33,900 nucleotides of DNA from Candidatus Nealsonbacteria bacterium (GTDB lineage Bacteria; Patescibacteriota; Minisyncoccia; Minisyncoccales; PWPS01). Of this stretch, positions 28,346 through 33,900 are shown one piece after another; position 1 is the first letter of the stretch, and each line of letters starts with the position of its first letter. The notes below the pieces were generated by a model. It saw nothing but the letters and a program-made list of their open reading frames with translations. It was not told where the DNA came from and searched no databases. The DNA lies in assembly GCA_003554445.1 (NCBI GenBank), contig PWGJ01000004.1, positions 1 to 33,900 of the forward strand, in the 5' to 3' direction. The position numbers and the translations under genes were made by a program.

Positions 28346-30064
28346 TCAGCTATCTTTTCCGGTCAAAAATTCCAAATCGATATCCCGAAGCTCTTTTAAT
28401 CTATCAAGTTTAAATTCCGGATCGATTATACTTCCCAAATATTGTCCGGAAACAAAATGGGGCAAAAGCACATAATCGGCTCCTTCGTCATAAAGCTCCA
28501 AAGCTTCTCTTTTTTCTTCCGCTCGAACAATGATTTTTGTGCCCACATTTTTTCTTTTAAATCTTCTTATCAAGTCAAGATTATCCTTCAAACTCGGGCT
28601 CGTTGATATCACCACCTCAACATCATTCAAATTTATATACTCCAAAACATGAGGATCGGTTATATCCGAAAAGAGATGTTTTACCCCTCTTTCTTTCAGT
28701 TCATCTATAACAACCGGATCAAAGTCTATAACCAGTAGATCTTCGGGGTCAATATAATTCATAATCCCCTCTCCCGTTCTGTGTGCTCCAATCAGTATTA
28801 TCGGTTTTGACGGATCCGGATCACTTTCCATATCCTCAATCGTATTCTCCTTTTCAAAAAATGAAAGTGGTTTGGAAATGTAATCAAAAATCTTTTCCGC
28901 ATAAAGTATGAGATAAGTTGATAGCGTAATCGTTACCACGCCGACAGCGGCAATAAGTGCAAAAACCTGATCAGAGATATGACCCAAAGTAAGGCCTAAA
29001 GTAGCAAAAATCATGCTGAACTCCGAAATTTGTGCTACGGTAACACCCGTTAAAAAGTTTGTTCTTTTTTTGTAGCCCAAAAGTTTCATAATAAACATTA
29101 CGATTATCGGATTACCTATAAGAACAAACATGGAAAAAGCAATTATCGGAACAATCATTCCTCCCAAATTGGAAACCGCCATCATCGAACCCAGTATGGC
29201 AAAAAATACTAAAATAAAGAAGTCCCTAAGGGGCCTTATTTTGCTGGCGATATGATATTTTTGAGCCGAGTTGGCAAGAGCGACACCACCCAAAAATCCG
29301 GCAATTTCAATTGAAAATCCGGTCGCTTTAACTATTACGGCGAAAAATAAAAGCCAGGCTAAACTGACTAAAAATAAAAGTTCTTGAGAGTGAGCTACTT
29401 TTCTGAATATGTAAGGAAAAACAGTTCTACCCAATGCCATCATAACCATAAAGAGAGCAACTCCGCCGGCTATAATTTGCATTACCGGACCGATTCCGAC
29501 ATCTCCCCCGGCCTCCAGAGCGTTAAGTGAAATCAATATCAAGATAACAACCATATCTTGCACTAAAAGAAGTCCTATTGCCGCTCTTCCGTGCAAACTG
29601 GTTAAATTACCTTTATCCGAAAGTAGCTTTACGATTATTACCGTACTCGAAAAAGTCAAAGCTATAGCGATATAAGCGGCATGAATCAGTTCGAACCCGA
29701 ATACGAAATTAGCTATTAAAAATCCTCCCGTTGCGGTAAAGGCGACCTGTCCCAAACCGATGGCCAGAGAAGTTTTACCCACCTTCTTTATTGAATCATA
29801 ATCCATCTCCAAACCGACCAAGAAAAGTAAAAACATTACGCCCAGGTTTGAAAAAAATTCCAGAGCTTCTCTTTCAGCAATATCAAAAAAACCCAAAGCC
29901 CCGATTATAAGTCCTGTAATTAAATAAGCTAAAATAAGAGGCTGTTTTAATGCCTTAAGAATAATTCCTAAAATTGCTGCCAAAACCAAAATAATACCCA
30001 ACTCCAAAAGGAGCGGGTCAATTACGGTTAAAGCACTAATTATCCTTTCAAAAAAAGATGCCAT
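28346..30064 (-). CDS. CPA2 cation:proton antiporter with RCK/TrkA-N domain (KefC-like), copy 2
   Basis: Same motifs as copy 1, colinear paralogue. Confidence 0.92.
   Translation of the reverse strand: MASFFERIISALTVIDPLLLELGIILVLAAILGIILKALKQPLILAYLITGLIIGALGFFDIAEREALEFFSNLGVMFLLFLVGLEMDYDSIKKVGKTSLAIGLGQVAFTATGGFLIANFVFGFELIHAAYIAIALTFSSTVIIVKLLSDKGNLTSLHGRAAIGLLLVQDMVVILILISLNALEAGGDVGIGPVMQIIAGGVALFMVMMALGRTVFPYIFRKVAHSQELLFLVSLAWLLFFAVIVKATGFSIEIAGFLGGVALANSAQKYHIASKIRPLRDFFILVFFAILGSMMAVSNLGGMIVPIIAFSMFVLIGNPIIVMFIMKLLGYKKRTNFLTGVTVAQISEFSMIFATLGLTLGHISDQVFALIAAVGVVTITLSTYLILYAEKIFDYISKPLSFFEKENTIEDMESDPDPSKPIILIGAHRTGEGIMNYIDPEDLLVIDFDPVVIDELKERGVKHLFSDITDPHVLEYINLNDVEVVISTSPSLKDNLDLIRRFKRKNVGTKIIVRAEEKREALELYDEGADYVLLPHFVSGQYLGSIIDPEFKLDRLKELRDIDLEFLTGKDS
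29279..29320. repeat. 42-bp exact direct repeat, copy in antiporter 2
   Basis: Identical to 27526-27567. Confidence 0.9.
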
Positions 30065-30066
30065 AT

Positions 30067-31143
30067 TTATTTATTAAATAAATGAACAGTTCTGGTTGGG
30101 AAGGCCATACCGATTCCTTCCTCTTCAAACTTTTCTTTTATATCCAATAAGACCTTTTCATGTATATCTCTAAACTCTTTAAATTCTGAAGACAATACGT
30201 AATATGAAACCTCATATTCCAAAGCGGAGTCTCCGAAACCTTTGAAGTGCGCTCTATCGAATTCCGTTCTTTCTTTATCTTCAATAATCTCTTTAACCAT
30301 ATCAGGAATCCTTCTCATTTTGCCGGTATCGGTTGAATAGACAACACCGAACTCAAAAAGACTTCTCCTTTTTTCCAGCTTTTTGAAATTGTGAACTCTT
30401 TCGGTTGTAAGTTCCTTATTAGAAATCACGACTTCTTCACCCTGGAGAGCTCTTATTCTGGTCGTTTTAATTCCAATCTTTTCAACTACACCCATCTGGT
30501 CACCGACAATTATAAAATCACCAACGGTGAAAGGTTTATCAAAGTAGATGGCAAAAGAGCTAAAGAGATCCTCCAATACATTTTGGAGAGCAAAAGCAAT
30601 CGCTACACCTCCTACCCCCAAACCGGCCACTAATGAGGTTACCTCTACACCAAAATTGGAAAGAAGCAGCAGTACGGCAAATATCCAAAGTAAAGCTTTG
30701 AATATCGTACCCATATTCTTGGCTGCCACCTCCGTTCCGGGGTCAGCGTCATCCAGAAGCCTCTTATTTAGGGTGTAATCGATTAAAAGATGGATTCCGA
30801 TCATTACCCTTGCAGTAACCCAAACGGCGAGTATAACGGTTAAAAAAGTCATCAACCCATCGGCAACTTCCAGGATTGAAAGAGAGACAAAAAAAGCCAG
30901 ATAGAGATAAAGTCCCGTTTTTATCGAAATTATGAAATCAAGAAAAACTTTTTTTAAAGACGGTTCCCCTATCTTCTTTTGTCTGTTTTTTAATTTAGCA
31001 AGTAAAAATTGTTCAAAAATCTTAATAACTAAAAAGAGAGCTAAAAAACTAGCTCCGAATAAAACGTATTCAAAAAGAGTATTATTTAGAAAAGAATGTT
31101 GTAAGATTTCTAAATTTTTGAAGTTTTCTATTTTTTCAAACAT
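30067..31143 (-). CDS. Small-conductance mechanosensitive channel (MscS family)
   Basis: AGLGVGGVAIAFALQ, DKPFTVGDFI, GVVEKIGIKTTRIR, AFPTRT; ATG at 31143 favoured by promoter position. Confidence 0.95.
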   Translation of the reverse strand: MFEKIENFKNLEILQHSFLNNTLFEYVLFGASFLALFLVIKIFEQFLLAKLKNRQKKIGEPSLKKVFLDFIISIKTGLYLYLAFFVSLSILEVADGLMTFLTVILAVWVTARVMIGIHLLIDYTLNKRLLDDADPGTEVAAKNMGTIFKALLWIFAVLLLLSNFGVEVTSLVAGLGVGGVAIAFALQNVLEDLFSSFAIYFDKPFTVGDFIIVGDQMGVVEKIGIKTTRIRALQGEEVVISNKELTTERVHNFKKLEKRRSLFEFGVVYSTDTGKMRRIPDMVKEIIEDKERTEFDRAHFKGFGDSALEYEVSYYVLSSEFKEFRDIHEKVLLDIKEKFEEEGIGMAFPTRTVHLFNK

Positions 31144-31151
31144 GTTTATCA

Positions 31152-31180
31152 ATTATAATACTTACTAACTTCGACTTCAA
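31152..31180 (-). promoter_or_regulatory. Promoter for mscS, probably leaderless
   Basis: TTGAAG-N17-TATAAT followed by ATG 8 nt later. Confidence 0.7.
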
Positions 31181-31186
31181 CCTTCT

Positions 31187-31229
31187 TTGACTTTTTATTA
31201 TTTATATACTATAATAAAATATAAGGAGG
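31187..31229 (+). promoter_or_regulatory. Promoter and SD of the GerMN gene
   Basis: TTGACT-N17-TATAAT (31187-31215), AAGGAGG at 31223-31229. Confidence 0.75.
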
Positions 31230-31237
31230 TAGTGAAA

Positions 31238-31699
31238 ATGAAAAAGATTTTAATTGTACTTTTACTTTTACTTATTGTTTTACTCGGTCAAGCTAACGTT
31301 GATGCTGGCAGTGGTAGTAGAACTGAGATGGTGCCGATATTCACTACGAATTACCGCATGTCAGAGACTCTAACGAATTATCCGTTTTTCCCGGTTTATC
31401 GAGAGGTAGATTCTGAAGCACCAATAACTTCAGCTATAAAAACCCTGCTGAGGATAGAATTTACCGAGTCGGAAAAAGGTTTTGAATCAGAATGGAGTGA
31501 AAACAAAAATGTCCAGTTAGTGGGGGTTAACCTTCAAGACAAATTGCTGACCATCAAACTTTCCGATCCGCATAGATTTACTTCCGGTGGATCTTACAAA
31601 GCCACCAGTTTGAAAAAACAATTAAAAATGACTGTACTACAATTTAGTAAGGTCGAAAAGGTACAATTTGAAGGGCCGGAGGATTTATTCCAGCCCTGA
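31238..31699 (+). CDS. Exported GerMN-domain protein
   Basis: Signal peptide; PVYREV, AIKTLL, SGGS...QLKMTVLQFSKVEKV, terminal QP; SD-supported ATG at 31238. Confidence 0.75.
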   Translation: MKKILIVLLLLLIVLLGQANVDAGSGSRTEMVPIFTTNYRMSETLTNYPFFPVYREVDSEAPITSAIKTLLRIEFTESEKGFESEWSENKNVQLVGVNLQDKLLTIKLSDPHRFTSGGSYKATSLKKQLKMTVLQFSKVEKVQFEGPEDLFQP

Positions 31700-31703
31700 T
31701 CAC

Positions 31704-31744
31704 AAAAAAAGAGCCCCGTTTTGCTTAAAAAAACGGGGTTTTTT
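31704..31744 (+). terminator. Intrinsic terminator
   Basis: CCCCGTTTT-N7-AAAACGGGG followed by T6. Confidence 0.75.
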
Positions 31745-31745
31745 C

Positions 31746-31790
31746 TTGACATTCATTATTATAATTGTATTATAAAAAAAGAGGGAGGGA
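31746..31790 (+). promoter_or_regulatory. Promoter and SD of the 272-aa ORF
   Basis: TTGACA-N16-TATTAT, GGGAGG upstream of the ATG at 31796. Confidence 0.65.
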
Positions 31791-31795
31791 TAATC

Positions 31796-32614
31796 ATGTT
31801 AAAGCGCGTAGTTCTTTTCATTATTATTATCTTATTGGTGGTCAGCGCTCCTGCACTTACAGAGGAGGTAGCTGTTCAAGTTGATGACAATTATCTCACC
31901 TATTCTGAATACGAAAACAGACTTCTTTTTGTTAAAGACCTGTACCCTGTTGACGAAGAGACTACTGAAGGTGTTGCAGAATTGCACAAAGGGCGAATAG
32001 AAATAGAGAGAGTGAAAATAGTTAAAGACTTTATTAAACATCAAGCTGCTAAGAGTTTACTTCAGGAAAATAATTTAAGCTTGAGAAAAGAAGAGTTTCA
32101 CGACTATCTAGAGAGAAGAAGGGCACAAGAAATACTCACTGAAGATTACTATGATAAAGAGGATTCTGCAGTTGATCGTAATAGAATTTCACATGAATAT
32201 ATGAGATTTTTAGATAGAGAGTTAATAGATTTAGATATAACTAAAACTTTTCGTGAATACCGCAAGGATAAGCCGCAATATCTATTTAGTCTTGACAGAT
32301 TGATCGAAGAATCCGAGATTCGTGGTGCAGTAACTCTTCTAGCTTTCAAAGTCTTTTATGGAGAGGCTGAAAAAGAATTTGAAGAAAATAAAGAGGAGCA
32401 CTTCAAAGAGTTCGAACAAATGTGGGAGAAAGAAAAAGAAACAATTAAACAGCATGGGATAGAAAAAGAAGACTTTTTTGAAAATGCCACCCATAATAAA
32501 ATCGTCCAAATAGCTAAAAAAATAACTCTTGACCACCTTGAAAAAAGGATTGACGAATTTAATATAGAAATCAATCTTGATATTGAATTAAATAATGGTT
32601 ATAACCCTACTTGA
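31796..32614 (+). CDS. Exported helical protein, weakly SurA-N-like
   Basis: Signal peptide; VAVQVDDNYLTYSEY resembles the start of SurA/PrsA N-domains; no PPIase motif seen. Confidence 0.6.
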   Translation: MLKRVVLFIIIILLVVSAPALTEEVAVQVDDNYLTYSEYENRLLFVKDLYPVDEETTEGVAELHKGRIEIERVKIVKDFIKHQAAKSLLQENNLSLRKEEFHDYLERRRAQEILTEDYYDKEDSAVDRNRISHEYMRFLDRELIDLDITKTFREYRKDKPQYLFSLDRLIEESEIRGAVTLLAFKVFYGEAEKEFEENKEEHFKEFEQMWEKEKETIKQHGIEKEDFFENATHNKIVQIAKKITLDHLEKRIDEFNIEINLDIELNNGYNPT

Positions 32615-32632
32615 ATTAAGTAGGGTTTTTTT
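32603..32632 (+). terminator. Terminator hairpin formed by the two convergent 3' ends
   Basis: AACCCTACTT-gaatt-AAGTAGGGTT followed by a T-tract. Confidence 0.7.
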
Positions 32633-33284
32633 CTTTTAATTCATCTAATTTATAAGAGTTTTTCAAATTAAATTCTCCAACTTTAGTTCTTACAAGATCG
32701 GCAAGAAGCCCGCCGGTTTCTAGTTTTTCCCCTAAATCCCTGGCAATTGCCCTGATATAGACTCCGGGACCGGTGGTTATTTTAAGCTCAATCTTGGGAT
32801 AATCGTAATTGATGAGCTCGATATCTTTAACGATTACTTTTCTTGCCGGAGGTTCGGGGTCTTTTCCTTCTCGAGCAAGTTTATAGCTTGGTGTTCCATT
32901 AATTTTAACTGCACTATAGACGGGTGGAATTTGCTCAATTGTCCCGGTGAATTCTTCTAATTTACTCTCTACTTCTTCGATTTTGGGAATTTTTTGAACA
33001 TCAACCGCTTTAATTCTTCCCTCCTTGTCATCCGTATCACTAACTTTTCCCAATTCGATAATTGCCTTATACTCTTTCTCACTGTTACGATATTTTGAAA
33101 TTTTTTTGGTGTATTGACGTCCTACTGCTACAACTAAAATACCTTTTGCGGCCGGATCCAGCGTCCCCGCATGCCCGATTTTACTTATACCGGTAATTTT
33201 TCTCAATTCATCTATAATATCATGAGAAGTTGGTCCTGCGGGTTTGTAAACTCCAAAAAATCCGTTTTTACTCTCCTCTTTCAT
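32616..33284 (-). CDS. truB: tRNA pseudouridine(55) synthase, short form without PUA domain
   Basis: KPAGPTSHD, GHAGTLDP, PPVYSAVK, GVYIRAIARDLG, LVRT; start at 33284 or 33290. Confidence 0.95.
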   Translation of the reverse strand: MKEESKNGFFGVYKPAGPTSHDIIDELRKITGISKIGHAGTLDPAAKGILVVAVGRQYTKKISKYRNSEKEYKAIIELGKVSDTDDKEGRIKAVDVQKIPKIEEVESKLEEFTGTIEQIPPVYSAVKINGTPSYKLAREGKDPEPPARKVIVKDIELINYDYPKIELKITTGPGVYIRAIARDLGEKLETGGLLADLVRTKVGEFNLKNSYKLDELKEKNPT

Positions 33285-33900
33285 CTTCATCTCTTTTTTG
33301 TATCTTTTGAAACATTTCAATAAGCTCTACCGGGAACAATATACTCGTATTTTCTTCCTTGGCCGCATCGGCGAGAGTTTCCAAGTATCTTAATGTTATC
33401 GGGGCCGCATCCAAAACTTCTCCCGCCTCTTTTAACTTTTGAGCCGCCTGATACTCACCTTCAGCCAGAATAATTTTTCCTCTTTTCGCTCTTTCCGCTT
33501 CCGCTTGTCTGGCTATTGACCTCTGCATATTTTCCGGAACCTCAACATGTTTAACCTCTACGGAAGTAACCTTTATCCCCCAGGGGTCGGTAGCTTTGTC
33601 TATTACCTCGTGAAGTTTATCATTGATTTTTTCTCTTTCCGAAAGAATTTCATCCAATTCCGAAGCACCCGCCACTCCTCTTAGAGTTGTTTGTGACACT
33701 TCCGACGTCGCCTTTCTGAAGTTTTCCACCTCTATCATCGCTTTTTCGGGATCGATTATCTTATAATAAACGACCGCATCGACTCTCACCGGAACATTAT
33801 CCTTGGTTATTACTTCTTGAGGCGGAACGTCTTGAGTGATAATTCTCAAATCCACCCTTTCCATTTTATCTATAAAGGGAATAAGTAAGAAAAGACCCGG
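33268..33900 (-). CDS. SPFH/band 7 (slipin/stomatin-like) protein, 5' end outside the window
   Basis: PGLFLLIPFIDK in frame up to the window edge, VDLR, ITKDNV, QTTLR, ATDPWGIKV, RQAEAER. Confidence 0.93.
   Translation of the reverse strand, partial: PGLFLLIPFIDKMERVDLRIITQDVPPQEVITKDNVPVRVDAVVYYKIIDPEKAMIEVENFRKATSEVSQTTLRGVAGASELDEILSEREKINDKLHEVIDKATDPWGIKVTSVEVKHVEVPENMQRSIARQAEAERAKRGKIILAEGEYQAAQKLKEAGEVLDAAPITLRYLETLADAAKEENTSILFPVELIEMFQKIQKRDEDERGE

Noticed and set aside
31187-31795. Longer TTG starts at 31187 and 31721 (also 31152, 21847 and 33320)
   Set aside because: They fall in promoters, terminators or neighbouring genes; downstream ATGs fit the SD, signal peptide or homology better
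2018-32574. The many 60-117 aa antisense or out-of-frame ORFs in the track
   Set aside because: They are shadows of well-supported genes, with no motifs or independent expression signals
1-33900. CRISPR array, tRNA/rRNA genes, IS elements, alternative genetic code
   Set aside because: No regularly spaced repeats, cloverleafs or transposase motifs seen; genes are full length under code 11 and several end in TGA

Overview
AT-rich, compact bacterial chromosome segment. Gene set and style suggest Patescibacteria/CPR, probably Parcubacteria (short AspRS, single Xer, genes mostly without SD, L9 present); this is an inference. It is mostly housekeeping: ctpA-rplI-pyrG, rpmA, gltX, a dcw block (dacA-mraY-murD-ftsW-murG) plus murC, aspS, tig, thpR, an extended AmmeMemoRadiSam operon ending in fmt, tsaC/ybaB/galU/pgeF, two tandem KefC-like antiporters with mscS, truB and a slipin. 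The best candidate for an undescribed system has three parts: a single tyrosine recombinase; a 28-bp dif/loxP-like site (5374-5401) between its promoter and start codon, near where gene orientation converges; and, 16 kb away, a non-catalytic paralogue of its core-binding domain fused to an unknown domain. Other signals are a structured leader with a possible uORF/terminator switch upstream of ybaB-tsaC, strong CCGG over-representation, a 42-bp identical tract between the diverged antiporter paralogues, self-contained SD-led orphan genes (one with a Tyw3-like motif), and a fold-back artefact in the first 98 bp. All protein calls come from motif recognition by eye; no database searches were run.
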